A DNA stretch of 64,000 bases from Candidatus Poribacteria bacterium (GTDB lineage Bacteria > Poribacteria > WGA-4E > WGA-3G), in NCBI GenBank assembly GCA_022394775.1, contig JAGFCB010000014.1, positions 7,715-71,714 of the forward strand, in the 5' to 3' direction. How positions within the stretch are numbered: position 1 is the first letter of the stretch; each line of letters opens with the position of its first letter. Shown here in pieces: positions 40,403 through 50,376 of this stretch. A program made the translations under genes and the position numbers. A model generated the notes under the pieces. The model did no database searches, was not told the DNA's origin, and worked only from the letters and a program-made list of their open reading frames with translations.

Positions 40403-40492
40403 TTGCGATGTACGCATCTGCCCCCTTGATAAGGGGGATAAAGGGGAGTTGCGGTGTACGCATCTGCCCCCTTGATAAGGGGGGATAAAGGG
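40403..40492. repeat. Tandem 2-copy, roughly 45-bp repeat TTGCG(A/G)TGTACGCATCTGCCCCCTTGATAAGGGGG(G)ATAAAGGGG, related to the MITE core family
   Basis: Shares ACGCAT...CCCC(C)TGATAAGGGG..A(A/T)AGGGG with the elements at 461-500, 12770-12810 and 29045-29120. Confidence 0.7.
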
Positions 40493-40496
40493 GGTT

Positions 40497-40943
40497 ATGG
40501 ATTTATCCGATAACGCAAATGTCCATTCAGACCCATTTCTCATTCGGGAATGTCGTTCAGAAGAAGCAGAAGCACTTCTTGCATTATGGCACGCTGCTGG
40601 AACATCTCCGAGCGTCACAGATACCATTACAGACATCCAAGGTGCGATAGAAAGTTCCGCATTGGTATTGGTTGCTGAAGTGAATCAACGCATTGTTGGT
40701 TCCATAATCGCCACTTTTGATGGGTGGCGCGGCAATATGTATCGCATCGCGGTTCATCCTAACTACCGACGGCGGGGTATCGGGCGAGCATTGGTCAAAG
40801 AAGGCGAGCGATATTTAGCGGAACTGGGTGTTAAACGCATCACAGCACTTGTAGAAGAAAAGTATCCGTGGGCGATTGCATTCTGGGCAGGGGTCGGGTA
40901 TGAAGTAGAGCCAGGAATCGTCCGTTTTTTCCGCAATCCATAA
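40497..40943 (+). CDS. GNAT family N-acetyltransferase
   Basis: Acetyl-CoA site motif IAVHPNYRRRGIGRALV. Confidence 0.8.
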   Translation: MDLSDNANVHSDPFLIRECRSEEAEALLALWHAAGTSPSVTDTITDIQGAIESSALVLVAEVNQRIVGSIIATFDGWRGNMYRIAVHPNYRRRGIGRALVKEGERYLAELGVKRITALVEEKYPWAIAFWAGVGYEVEPGIVRFFRNP

Positions 40944-40944
40944 A

Positions 40945-40974
40945 TAGTAGTAGACACACGCCGTGTGCGGTTAC
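40945..40974 (+). repeat. Stop-codon-associated element TAGTAGTAG-ACACACGCCGTGTGCGG-TTAC, a variant of the 32334 family
   Basis: Directly follows the GNAT TAA stop. The FG-GAP RBS GAGGAGG follows immediately. Confidence 0.5.
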
Positions 40975-40989
40975 ATGAGGAGGTCAGCC

Positions 40990-42105
40990 GTGAAATTCAA
41001 GGGACATCTACTCGACGATACCGTCAAAAGCGTTTACGGATTGGCTGTTGCCGATATAAACGGTGACGGACAACTCGACATCATCGCAGGCTCCACAGGC
41101 GAACCCATCATCGCTTGGTACGAAGCACCTCACTGGAAAAGACACCTCGTAACCGATCAGGGCAGCGGACACATCACTATCGCTCCTTACGATCTCACAG
41201 GTAACGGCATCCCTGACCTCATCGCCGGGAGCGGTTTTAACCGCGGCGTAAACGCTGCAGGTGGCTACCTCCACTGGCTTGAATCACCAATACAAGACGG
41301 ACAGAACTGGAAAAGCCACCACATTGCTGATGTCCCTTTCATCCACCGCATCGCGCTCGCAAATTTCTCCGACAACGCAATATCGACACCTTTTCTTATC
41401 GTCGCCTCAATTCGCGGTGAAGACGGCAACCCCGGCGAATGGCACAGCCCTGGCTCCCTTTGGTGTTATGAACTCTCTGATACGCCACGAGATACAGCCT
41501 CTTGGCAATCCCATCTCCTTGACGATTCCCTCCACATCAACCACGGCTTGAGCATCAACGATGTTGACCAAGATGGACGCGACGATGTGCTAATTAGCTG
41601 CACAGAAGGCTTAATCTGGTACGAACCGCCTGTTAACCCAATGACAGACGACTGGGGCAAGTGGATTATCAGTGACCGCGAGTGTAGCGATACCTACACT
41701 GCAGATATTGATGGTGATGGTATCAACGAAATTTTAGCGATTGAACCGTGGCACGGGAACAATCTCGTCTGGTATAAAGCCACCGGTGATCTACGCACCG
41801 ACCCGTGGGAACGCCACCTCATTGACGACACACTCAACCGCGGACACTCCCTCGCCGCCGTGGACATCGATGATGACGGTATGCTTGAGGTGGTCTGTGG
41901 CTACAACGGCGAAGGCACAAGTCTGCACCTCTACCGTCCGGAGAATCTGGCGCATAATCACTGGCGTAAAGAGACGATTGACAATGGCGGCTTAGGCGTT
42001 GGACAAATGCATGTCTTGGACGTGAACGGAAACGGTAGACTGGACATCGTCGCCAGCGGCCTCAGCACCGGTAACGTCAAGTGGTATGAAAACGAACCCA
42101 GTTGA
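40990..42105 (+). CDS. FG-GAP repeat beta-propeller protein
   Basis: DINGDGQLDIIAGS, DIDGDGINEILAIE, DIDDDGMLEVVCG, DVNGNGRLDIVASG. A GTG at 40990 lies 6 nt after GAGGAGG; the ORF-track start is at 40963. Confidence 0.7.
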   Translation: MKFKGHLLDDTVKSVYGLAVADINGDGQLDIIAGSTGEPIIAWYEAPHWKRHLVTDQGSGHITIAPYDLTGNGIPDLIAGSGFNRGVNAAGGYLHWLESPIQDGQNWKSHHIADVPFIHRIALANFSDNAISTPFLIVASIRGEDGNPGEWHSPGSLWCYELSDTPRDTASWQSHLLDDSLHINHGLSINDVDQDGRDDVLISCTEGLIWYEPPVNPMTDDWGKWIISDRECSDTYTADIDGDGINEILAIEPWHGNNLVWYKATGDLRTDPWERHLIDDTLNRGHSLAAVDIDDDGMLEVVCGYNGEGTSLHLYRPENLAHNHWRKETIDNGGLGVGQMHVLDVNGNGRLDIVASGLSTGNVKWYENEPS

Positions 42106-42111
42106 AAGCCT

Positions 42112-43245
42112 TTATTTCTCAATCGTCTCAACATTAGCGCGAGGGAGTGTCGTCTGTTGACCGTCATTGAGTTCAACACGCAGCACCCGCACCTGTGCTT
42201 CTGTCTCCAAATTCTGAAGTGCTACCGGCAGCTCCGTAACACGTCCCAATTGTCCGAAATACGGTTCCCGAATAATACGCACTGAGCTGCCAACCTCCAG
42301 AACACCTTCAGAAGCGCCATCCACAGTATCAGGTGTTGATTCTGTGGTCTCTGATAATAACGGAATCACAATCTCTGGACGCACAACCCCCGCACGAATC
42401 TGCGTCGCACCGTTGATGGAAGTCTTCATACCTTCTCGCGCTTTCAGGAGTGTGAACGTCTGCTCCGCCATCGCGATGCTCCCAAATCCTTCTGTAATAA
42501 CGATAGTAATGCCAATCTCCTCGGAACCGGTAATCGCAACCCCAAGTTCATAGCCGAGAAGTTCTCGTAGGTCCGCGTCATCAATACCGCCAGCAATAAT
42601 CCCCTTCACGCCATGCTGAATCGCTTTCTGGATCGCCTCCGTTGTGACCAATGAACCACCAACAAGAATATTATCCCGATGCTCAGGCAGTATCTGTTCG
42701 GCAGACAGTTCATCACTTGGCGATGCCGCAACGATGGTTAAGTTTCCTATCGTCTCACCACCAACCCCAAAGATGCCTTGGATATAGGTCCCGTATGTTT
42801 CCACGGTGACACCTTCATTCGGAACGGTTTCCGTTACTGTACCATCCGTGTAGGCTTTGACTTCAACAGGGACGGGCGGCTCGCGCAGGATTACCTGTCC
42901 TGTAACATCCGATACTGATTCAATCGTACCATCAATTGGTGAACGTGCTTGTGATTTGAAAAGCCCAAAAATTCCTTTGGTTGTAGCAATAATCTCGTCT
43001 TTTGAGACAGTTTCGCCTACAGGTTTGAGCATGTATTCAGCACTTTCTTCTGGTGGAATACTCAGTAGGTTCGCAACGTTTACGAGTTGAACATTGCCCG
43101 GCAGGTCTGCCTTTGCAACGACATCTTCTGCCTTAACTGTTGTACCGGCTTGCACGAGTACTTCACCTTCAAGTGGGAGCCGGCGTTCTTTTTCTATTAT
43201 CATCCCCTCGGTCACCTTAAGACCGGGGGTATATGCATGCGCCAT
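42112..43245 (-). CDS. Hypothetical protein, family not recognised
   Basis: A 377-aa ORF with protein-like, Gly/Val/Thr/Ile-rich composition and no recognisable motif. Confidence 0.45.
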   Translation of the reverse strand: MAHAYTPGLKVTEGMIIEKERRLPLEGEVLVQAGTTVKAEDVVAKADLPGNVQLVNVANLLSIPPEESAEYMLKPVGETVSKDEIIATTKGIFGLFKSQARSPIDGTIESVSDVTGQVILREPPVPVEVKAYTDGTVTETVPNEGVTVETYGTYIQGIFGVGGETIGNLTIVAASPSDELSAEQILPEHRDNILVGGSLVTTEAIQKAIQHGVKGIIAGGIDDADLRELLGYELGVAITGSEEIGITIVITEGFGSIAMAEQTFTLLKAREGMKTSINGATQIRAGVVRPEIVIPLLSETTESTPDTVDGASEGVLEVGSSVRIIREPYFGQLGRVTELPVALQNLETEAQVRVLRVELNDGQQTTLPRANVETIEK

Positions 43246-43505
43246 TAAAAAGCCTCAATTTCAAAATATGATTCCTAATATAACCCAAGTCGCTACTAAC
43301 AGATTTTGCGCACTTCCGAACGGGTTTTCGTCTTTTTCCGCACCCCAGAGGGGTGATATATCTATAGAAAATGGCGTATTTGCGCGATCGCACTCCAGCG
43401 GAGTGCTATGTGGATAAAAGGTGGCAACTTGCGTTAATATATTATACCATTTTGATTGTATTTATGGTAGAATGAAATCAGAATTTACATAAGGTGAAGC
43501 AACAC

Positions 43506-44354
43506 ATGTCAAACCAAGGCGTAACCTACAAAACCGACAAAATCATGCCGACGTGGGAACAACTCGCTGAAATAGGACGTGACCTTCGGTTTTATCCGAG
43601 CACCACAGAGCAGCCAAAGGTACTCACTCAGGAACAGGTGGCTAATTTCAACCGCGTCGGTTATATCAAAGGCATCTCAATTTTCGATGCAATCGAAATC
43701 GGTGAACATCGCAAGTACTTTGATGCCCTGTTAACAAATGTCCTTTCAGAAGGCGGAAGTAGTTACTCAATTATCTCTGCGCACATGAGATACGGAAAGG
43801 TCTATGATCTACTCACGCATCCCAAGATTGTTGCCTGTGTGAAGGATCTGATTGGTGAGGATGTTATCGGCTGGGGCGCGCACTATTTCTGCAAAATGCC
43901 GCACGATCCAAAGAACGTCGGCTGGCATCAAGATGCTGGCTACTGGCCCCTCAGTCCCTCTAAAACCGTCACCGTCTGGCTCGCAATTGACGATGCAACT
44001 ATTGAGAACGGTGCAATGCGGTTTATCGCAGGTTCCCATCACCTCGGACACTTAACCGCTCGGCACAGGGAACCTGATGAAAACAGCATCCTGGGTCAAA
44101 TCGTTGAAAACGCAGAGGCGTATGGTGAACCGGTAGATGTTGAACTCAAAGCAGGCGAAATCTCCATCCATACCGACTTGCTGCTGCACGGTTCAAACGC
44201 CAACCCATCACCGAGGCGACGGTGCGGTCTCACGCTCCGCTACTGCTCCTCTGATGTCCAGGCATCGTTTCGATGGGATAGAGAAGGGGTCGTCGTGAGT
44301 GGAAACGACAGAAACGGACACTGGGGCAACCCATCACGTCCTGCTGTCGATTAA
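43506..44354 (+). CDS. Phytanoyl-CoA dioxygenase (PhyH) family Fe(II)/2OG oxygenase
   Basis: HQDAGYWPL; WLAIDDATIENGAMRFIAGSH. ATG at 43506; the ORF-track start at 43494 is a GTG. Confidence 0.75.
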   Translation: MSNQGVTYKTDKIMPTWEQLAEIGRDLRFYPSTTEQPKVLTQEQVANFNRVGYIKGISIFDAIEIGEHRKYFDALLTNVLSEGGSSYSIISAHMRYGKVYDLLTHPKIVACVKDLIGEDVIGWGAHYFCKMPHDPKNVGWHQDAGYWPLSPSKTVTVWLAIDDATIENGAMRFIAGSHHLGHLTARHREPDENSILGQIVENAEAYGEPVDVELKAGEISIHTDLLLHGSNANPSPRRRCGLTLRYCSSDVQASFRWDREGVVVSGNDRNGHWGNPSRPAVD

Positions 44355-44390
44355 TCCCAAACGGCAGAAGAGGTAGACGAAATCGCAATA

Positions 44391-45167
44391 TCAATTCTGA
44401 GTCTTAAGTGCCCCCCAAGTTACTGCTAATTTTTCAGCAGGTTCAACTGCCAACGCCAATGTATGCAATCTCCGCACCTCGGCGTCGCTTAACGCCCCTT
44501 CAAAAACGGCAACTTCGTCAATAGCACCAGCGTACCAAATACCGCCTAAATGCTGTGTGTAAGCGATTGTCGGTTTATGTGCAGCACCGTAAGCAATGCT
44601 GATTGGATCGGGTGCCTCGGTAGTCTTTTTCAACTCACCGTCGAGATAGATTCGGACAGATTTTTTACTCTCAACAACCCCAACGACATGATGCCACTCA
44701 CCGTCAGTCGGAAACGGCACGTAAGCGGAGGGCCAATGCTTTGCCGCTTTTGCCGCGTCTGCGCGAATCCAGATACCAACATTATTGTTATCCAGCAGTT
44801 GAATGCCGTAGTTATATTTGTCATAGATCGGATTTCGTGTGCCAAGGGTCGGCTTAATAACCGCCTCCATTGTCACAGAAGGGAAGAAGATATCCTCACC
44901 CATTCGTATCAAATCAACAGCACCGTCAAAATCGAAGGCTTCGCTGCGAAACCCGTCGATTTGGTCGGGTTTGCCGATAATGGTGCCGCTGTTATCCCCG
45001 AAAACATCTTCAACGTCTTTCCCTTGAACCGTGCCTTTATCAAAAGTCCAAAGTGCCGCAAGCCCCATTTTTTCTCGGGGATCGTCGGCTGCTGCGGACT
45101 GAATCACTGTGACAGAAATTACGAAACCGACCAAAAGCAGAGCAGAGACAGACAATTTCATTTTCAT
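44391..45167 (-). CDS. Secreted LamG/concanavalin-A-like lectin domain protein
   Basis: Signal peptide MKMKLSVSALLLVGFVISVTVIQSAAA; DGEWHHVVGVV...IYLDGEL; RBS AGGAGG. Confidence 0.55.
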   Translation of the reverse strand: MKMKLSVSALLLVGFVISVTVIQSAAADDPREKMGLAALWTFDKGTVQGKDVEDVFGDNSGTIIGKPDQIDGFRSEAFDFDGAVDLIRMGEDIFFPSVTMEAVIKPTLGTRNPIYDKYNYGIQLLDNNNVGIWIRADAAKAAKHWPSAYVPFPTDGEWHHVVGVVESKKSVRIYLDGELKKTTEAPDPISIAYGAAHKPTIAYTQHLGGIWYAGAIDEVAVFEGALSDAEVRRLHTLALAVEPAEKLAVTWGALKTQN

Positions 45168-45235
45168 GAGTGCTTCCTCCTTAGATTCTAATTTCCTCTG
45201 GAGGAAATTATATCACGATGCCTTGTTTAAATCCA

Positions 45236-46705
45236 CTATTTCACATCGCTCCGTAAAAACGTTAAGACAGCCGCCATAAACAGAAGTAGCGCGAGTAAAA
45301 CTAACAACGTCAGGTCCAACAGTGCTTCTTTGAAAGTGATACCTAAAGTCAATTCGTCTGAAAATTTAGGAATACTATTAAAAGCAACCGGTTTTTGGGA
45401 TAACCCTTCCTTTACAAGATAGACATGGTGACTTTCATTGTCTCCTCTGTCCTCTGATTTGATGAAGTCGATAAACTGTTGTCTGTAGCGTCGCGTTTGT
45501 TGCACGAACCTTTGATGTCTGGCAAATCCTGTGCCTGCCAGAGATTCTACGGCGTATGTGTAAATAGCCGCCGGGGATAGCCGCGTAATTTGTTGTGTAA
45601 ACGCAACCTGTGCAAACTGTTTATTTAAATGTTCATCATCAAATCTGCTCTTTGCATCAGCATGTTCATTTAGGTAGTCAGCCCACATCCTTAACACCTC
45701 AATTTTAGGTGGTTGGTCAGAAGGCGAACCTGTTCGGTACAGTTTGTCTCCTGCTTTGTGTCGATTATCAATTGCGTCCTCCTTTGCTTTCTTTATCCGA
45801 GATATTTCACTTCTGGAGGGAACCTGCTTGAAACCGCTTGCCAATACTCCCATTGTGTTCGGAATAAGCACCACAAAGACGATCCAAATTAACAACAACG
45901 TCAGTAAGCTGCTTGACGAATTAGAAAATTGACTTGAGATAAACAATCCAAGCCATAAGAATATTGAGATGTAGATCATAGAAATAACACAGATTATTCC
46001 CACTCGCGCCCATTCGTCTCCGCTAAATGACGCTAATCTTGACGCGCTGACGACCATTAAGTTCAGTAATACGCCAATAAACAAGGGAATCAAGATCGTG
46101 AGAAACGCACCCGTGAATTTTCCGAGAAGTACAGTCGCTCGTGACACGGAATTAGCCATGAGTAAGCTTAACGTTCCTGTTTCACGCTCTCCAGAGATGG
46201 TGTCATAAGTGAACAGAATCGCCATAAAACTCATCACCACTCCGATGATGAACGTCCAATCTAATTCCGTGAAATTGGGTAGCGAATCGTTTTTACGGGA
46301 TGTGTCCTGTGGGTACTGAAGCCACCAGTTTGCTGACCAAGAATACTGGAAACTCAAATCAGGCGTTGTCATGCCAATACCATAGCCGCCACTGGAAGCA
46401 CCTTCAACTCGCTTTGGTAAGTTCGCATCTTCACCAGTAGCAATAAAGGTTAATGGACTCACGGGTTTGTACAAATTTCCTGGGCCTTTTACTGCAAGAT
46501 CGCCTAAATTGCTGCTTTTCTTTCTGATTGACGCAACGGCTTCGCGGGTGTCTTCGGAGTATTCTGTTATTCTTCGCGGATATTGACTGCTCACAAATAC
46601 CCCGGCATTCATCACCATTAGCACCATCACCAGAATTAGCGTGAGGGCAAACCGAAAACGCGTCACATTATCAAGGATTTCCCGTTTTGCTATGTGCCAA
46701 ATCAT
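45236..46705 (-). CDS. ABC-2-type transporter permease-like membrane protein, paralog 1
   Basis: N-terminus MIWHIAKREILDNVTRFRF parallels paralog 2's MMLWAIIRREITANILSFRF. Multi-TM core plus a large extracytoplasmic loop. RBS AGGAAGGAAG. The 46735 start in the ORF track is an extension. Confidence 0.6.
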   Translation of the reverse strand: MIWHIAKREILDNVTRFRFALTLILVMVLMVMNAGVFVSSQYPRRITEYSEDTREAVASIRKKSSNLGDLAVKGPGNLYKPVSPLTFIATGEDANLPKRVEGASSGGYGIGMTTPDLSFQYSWSANWWLQYPQDTSRKNDSLPNFTELDWTFIIGVVMSFMAILFTYDTISGERETGTLSLLMANSVSRATVLLGKFTGAFLTILIPLFIGVLLNLMVVSASRLASFSGDEWARVGIICVISMIYISIFLWLGLFISSQFSNSSSSLLTLLLIWIVFVVLIPNTMGVLASGFKQVPSRSEISRIKKAKEDAIDNRHKAGDKLYRTGSPSDQPPKIEVLRMWADYLNEHADAKSRFDDEHLNKQFAQVAFTQQITRLSPAAIYTYAVESLAGTGFARHQRFVQQTRRYRQQFIDFIKSEDRGDNESHHVYLVKEGLSQKPVAFNSIPKFSDELTLGITFKEALLDLTLLVLLALLLFMAAVLTFLRSDVK

Positions 46706-46737
46706 ATCGCTTCCTTCCAGACAACTCAGAACCACTA

Positions 46738-48228
46738 TTACACAACATCATATCGCAGGAATGAGATAAATGCACCCATGAAGAGTAGGATGTTTAATAT
46801 AGCGAGTGTCATAATGTCTAATGTTGCGCGTTGCAGACTACTGCCAATGCCTTCGCTCTGTTCCTTAAATTTTGGAACTTTACCTAAATCAAAAGGCTCG
46901 TCGAATTCAGTCGTAAACCATCTGCGTGAAGAAAATATTTTTTCATCTCTCAGATAGTCGATCCATTCACGGCGATATTGTCGCGTCTGTTCCATAAATC
47001 GCCAGAAACTTCCCAAATCTGTTTCTGCCAGAATTGCAGCGGTGTTATAATAAACCGCTGCCGGAGATATACGCGATATGTTTAGTGCCAATAGAGATTG
47101 TCTGTTTGGGTTTTTGTCGAGATACGCTTTGCGTATTTGCCAGATCCTGTCAGCGTATTGCGCACGGAGATTTTCCTTAAACTCGTAGCACTCTTGGGCA
47201 AGAGGCAGGCCTTCTTCATTCCGAAAACCGCTCGCACTGACTGTCTCTCCACTGTCGTAATCATTGACACCTGATCGGGAACCAATGCCACTCGGATTAG
47301 CCAGGTCAAGAGAAGACTCCACCCCTCGTTTTTGTAAGTAGTCTTTGACTTCGGTTTCAAATTTTTTCCACTGTTCGCCCGCCTGTTCTTTATAGGGCTC
47401 CTCCGATTGTATTGGGCTTGCATGTTCCACTAATAAAACTGTTAGGTTCGGAACGATAAGTACGAAAAGTATCCAAACGCACATTGAGAACATCAGAGTG
47501 ATAGAAGGCCTGTCCGTTCGAGTGGAAAGAAAAAGTCCGATAAGAAAAAAGAGAGATACATAGAGCATCGATACAAGGAAGATTAGCAATATCCGTATCC
47601 AATCTGAACTGTTGAAAGAGACGTAAGGAGAGAATTGTATCACCAATAAGCCTGCAACAAAACTCGCAATAAGCGGAAGAGAAATAGATACCATTCCTGC
47701 AATGTATTTTCCCAAAAGCAGTGTCGGCCTCGCAACCGCACAAGAGAGTGTTAAGCTTAAGGTTCCCGCCACCTTCTCCCGCGATATCGCGTCGTAAGAA
47801 AAGAGCAGTGCCAGCAGACTCATTACAACTTGGCAGATTACCGTGAAGTCAATAGAGGAAAAGATGTTCAGATATGGGTTATCAGAACCGTGTTTTTCGG
47901 CAACGGCGGGGACATATCCGTGTGCCACCGTTACTGTATTTCCTTTCCTTTTATCCACGCCTTCGTTGAAAATGCTAAGTAGCTTCGGGCTTCTATCACA
48001 CTTTAACATGTGAGTGAGTCCGAATTCAGAGTATTTCGTTACCTGATTTATCCTATCTTCATTTTCTCGAATAGCAGTTTGGTAGCTTTGGAGTCTATCC
48101 TCATAGCCCCTGGTCAAAACGAAGAGATTTGTCACAATCAGAGAGAAATAGATGAGGAGCCCCATCAGGAATCTGAAACTTAAGATATTCGCTGTAATTT
48201 CCCTTCTAATAATTGCCCAAAGCATCAA
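46738..48228 (-). CDS. ABC-2-type transporter permease-like membrane protein, paralog 2
   Basis: Same architecture and length as paralog 1. No ATPase gene is adjacent. Confidence 0.6.
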   Translation of the reverse strand: MMLWAIIRREITANILSFRFLMGLLIYFSLIVTNLFVLTRGYEDRLQSYQTAIRENEDRINQVTKYSEFGLTHMLKCDRSPKLLSIFNEGVDKRKGNTVTVAHGYVPAVAEKHGSDNPYLNIFSSIDFTVICQVVMSLLALLFSYDAISREKVAGTLSLTLSCAVARPTLLLGKYIAGMVSISLPLIASFVAGLLVIQFSPYVSFNSSDWIRILLIFLVSMLYVSLFFLIGLFLSTRTDRPSITLMFSMCVWILFVLIVPNLTVLLVEHASPIQSEEPYKEQAGEQWKKFETEVKDYLQKRGVESSLDLANPSGIGSRSGVNDYDSGETVSASGFRNEEGLPLAQECYEFKENLRAQYADRIWQIRKAYLDKNPNRQSLLALNISRISPAAVYYNTAAILAETDLGSFWRFMEQTRQYRREWIDYLRDEKIFSSRRWFTTEFDEPFDLGKVPKFKEQSEGIGSSLQRATLDIMTLAILNILLFMGAFISFLRYDVV

Positions 48229-48510
48229 CTTACCTCATTATTTTCCATCGGAACCCCTTGCTATTGCTGTTAAGCTTGTATCTCAAATCTCAGTGTTCAT
48301 CTGATTTTTAACCTACGTGACGCGAACTGAGCAGGAAAGGTTGCATAATTCTGCAAGTGAACGGATAGGTGTGTTTTGCGGAAAGCAGCATCAACTGCTT
48401 GAAAAGATTAAGTGACGTTGTGGAGGGTAGGCAGAGCAATCTACTACAGCTATAGGTTAACCCAACAGTTTCAAACACCGACATTAAAGGAAAGTTAGAT
48501 GACTCTAAAT

Positions 48511-49305
48511 TTAAACGGGATCCAAAAACCCCAATTCACCTAACCGATTAATCCACCGTTGTCGCTTTTCATTTCCCGCTCGGTTTTCAACCCAATGTGG
48601 ATCATAGAGTGAGGTACCTGGTCGGTTAAAATGTTCGGGACTCTTCGCGTTGCTTCGCGCGCGATTGCGTGTGGCAGCTTCCTCTTCAGGAGTCTTCGGG
48701 TTGTTATAATAAACCACAGTGCACATTCGGCGATCATCGTTGCCGCCCCAGCTGGCGTGCCAGCAACGCATATCAAAGGCGACTACATCCCCCGGTTCGG
48801 ATTTACAAATATAACTCGGCACCTCACAAATCTCCGATCCCAATTCATTTAAATTTTCACGTAGATCATCGTGCAGCGGATTCTTATGAGAACCCGGAAT
48901 CAGTCGCAACGCACCACTTTCAGCAGCAACGGGTTCAAGGTAATATGCGAATTTCACGCCATAGCAGTCTTGGGTTAGATCGGCACTGTGGTCCGGATGC
49001 CAATTGGTATTGCCGACATAACGGTTCGCATCCGAGACAACGAGAAATACGTCATCCCCGTAAAGCTGCTCTGCCACTTCACAGAACCTTGGATCTTCTG
49101 GCAGCTTCGTAAAAAATGGCGTTTCAGGTCCCAGCATCGGCAGCCAATGTCGGTGTGTGCCATCAAACGGTGCGTGACGATACGCTGTCTCCATCGCCGC
49201 TTCAAACTCTTTGTGTATGGTGTTCAGTTCGTCTGGGTTGAGTAACTGCCGAAAAATCAGGAATCCGAAGGTGTGGAAGTGCTTGATTTGCTGTTCTGTA
49301 AGCAT
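48511..49305 (-). CDS. Phytanoyl-CoA dioxygenase (PhyH) family protein
   Basis: PhyH-like N-terminus QQIKHFHTFGFLIF; WHPDHSAD; RLIPGSHK. Confidence 0.7.
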   Translation of the reverse strand: MLTEQQIKHFHTFGFLIFRQLLNPDELNTIHKEFEAAMETAYRHAPFDGTHRHWLPMLGPETPFFTKLPEDPRFCEVAEQLYGDDVFLVVSDANRYVGNTNWHPDHSADLTQDCYGVKFAYYLEPVAAESGALRLIPGSHKNPLHDDLRENLNELGSEICEVPSYICKSEPGDVVAFDMRCWHASWGGNDDRRMCTVVYYNNPKTPEEEAATRNRARSNAKSPEHFNRPGTSLYDPHWVENRAGNEKRQRWINRLGELGFLDPV

Positions 49306-49321
49306 GAGGTCCCTCCCTGTT

Positions 49322-50347
49322 TCATCGCGCTAACTTCTGTTGCAGTTTGGGGCTATCTGTGACCTCCCCATTCACAATCCAGGGTGGCATTTGCCCAGAA
49401 GCCACATCAATAATGCTACCGCACGCGCTCTTAGCATTGCCGTCGAAACACTCATCCGTCCAGCAGATACTGTGCGGCGTAGCGATAACGTTGTCCAGAC
49501 TTAAGAGCGGATCATCATCGCGAATCGGTTCTTGCTCAAAGACATCGAGTCCAGCCCCTTGAATCCGTCGATTTTGAAGTGCTTCTGTAAGTGCCTTTTG
49601 GTCAACGATGGGACCGCGCGCTGTGTTAATCAGGTAGGCTGTCGGCTTCATCAGCCCGATACGTCTCTCATCAACAAGACCACGCGTCTCTTCATTTAGT
49701 GGACAACAGACACAGACAAAATCAGCGGTTCGCATCAAAGTGTCCAAGTCAACAAGTTCTACGCCGACTTCTGCTGCCTCAGCAGGTGTGACGTACGGAT
49801 CGGAGGTGATATGGCGCATTCCAAAAGGTTTTGCCAGTTTGAACGCCTCTTTTCCAATGTTACCCATACCAACAAGTCCCAAGGTCCTGCCTACCAATCC
49901 CATCCCTCTATAGTTTTGGGTATTTCTCCATCCACCTGAACGGGTAAGTCGATCTTTTATCAGCAACTGATGGCTCAACGACAAGACAAAAGTCATGATG
50001 GAAGTAGCAACCGGGCGACGAACGCCATCCGGTGCGATCGTCAGCAGCACGCCATTTTCGGTACAGGCTTCCACGTCCACCTTATCGTATCCCACACCGA
50101 AGCGAGCAATGACTTTCAATCTATCAGCACTAGTCAACGTCTCCGCTGTGATGCCCGCACCCAAAACTAAGAGCGCATCATAATCTTGCACCTGTGTTGC
50201 CTGTAACACCGGTGTGTTTTCTGAAATATATTCCCACTGTAGACCGGCGCCGTCAAAAAGCGGACCGGCAATGTCGTCTAAATCGCAGGTGCCATCGGGT
50301 CCCAAAAAGTCCCGCGTAACACCTACGCGAAATACAGATTTATCCAT
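49322..50347 (-). CDS. D-isomer-specific 2-hydroxyacid dehydrogenase (NAD-binding)
   Basis: GLVGMGNIGKEAFKLAKPFGM Rossmann motif; catalytic region VLLTIAPDG...R..AT; C-terminal HS..WT. Confidence 0.8.
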   Translation of the reverse strand: MDKSVFRVGVTRDFLGPDGTCDLDDIAGPLFDGAGLQWEYISENTPVLQATQVQDYDALLVLGAGITAETLTSADRLKVIARFGVGYDKVDVEACTENGVLLTIAPDGVRRPVATSIMTFVLSLSHQLLIKDRLTRSGGWRNTQNYRGMGLVGRTLGLVGMGNIGKEAFKLAKPFGMRHITSDPYVTPAEAAEVGVELVDLDTLMRTADFVCVCCPLNEETRGLVDERRIGLMKPTAYLINTARGPIVDQKALTEALQNRRIQGAGLDVFEQEPIRDDDPLLSLDNVIATPHSICWTDECFDGNAKSACGSIIDVASGQMPPWIVNGEVTDSPKLQQKLAR

Positions 50348-50376
50348 TTACTATTCCTGCTTAATTTTGTTGATAT

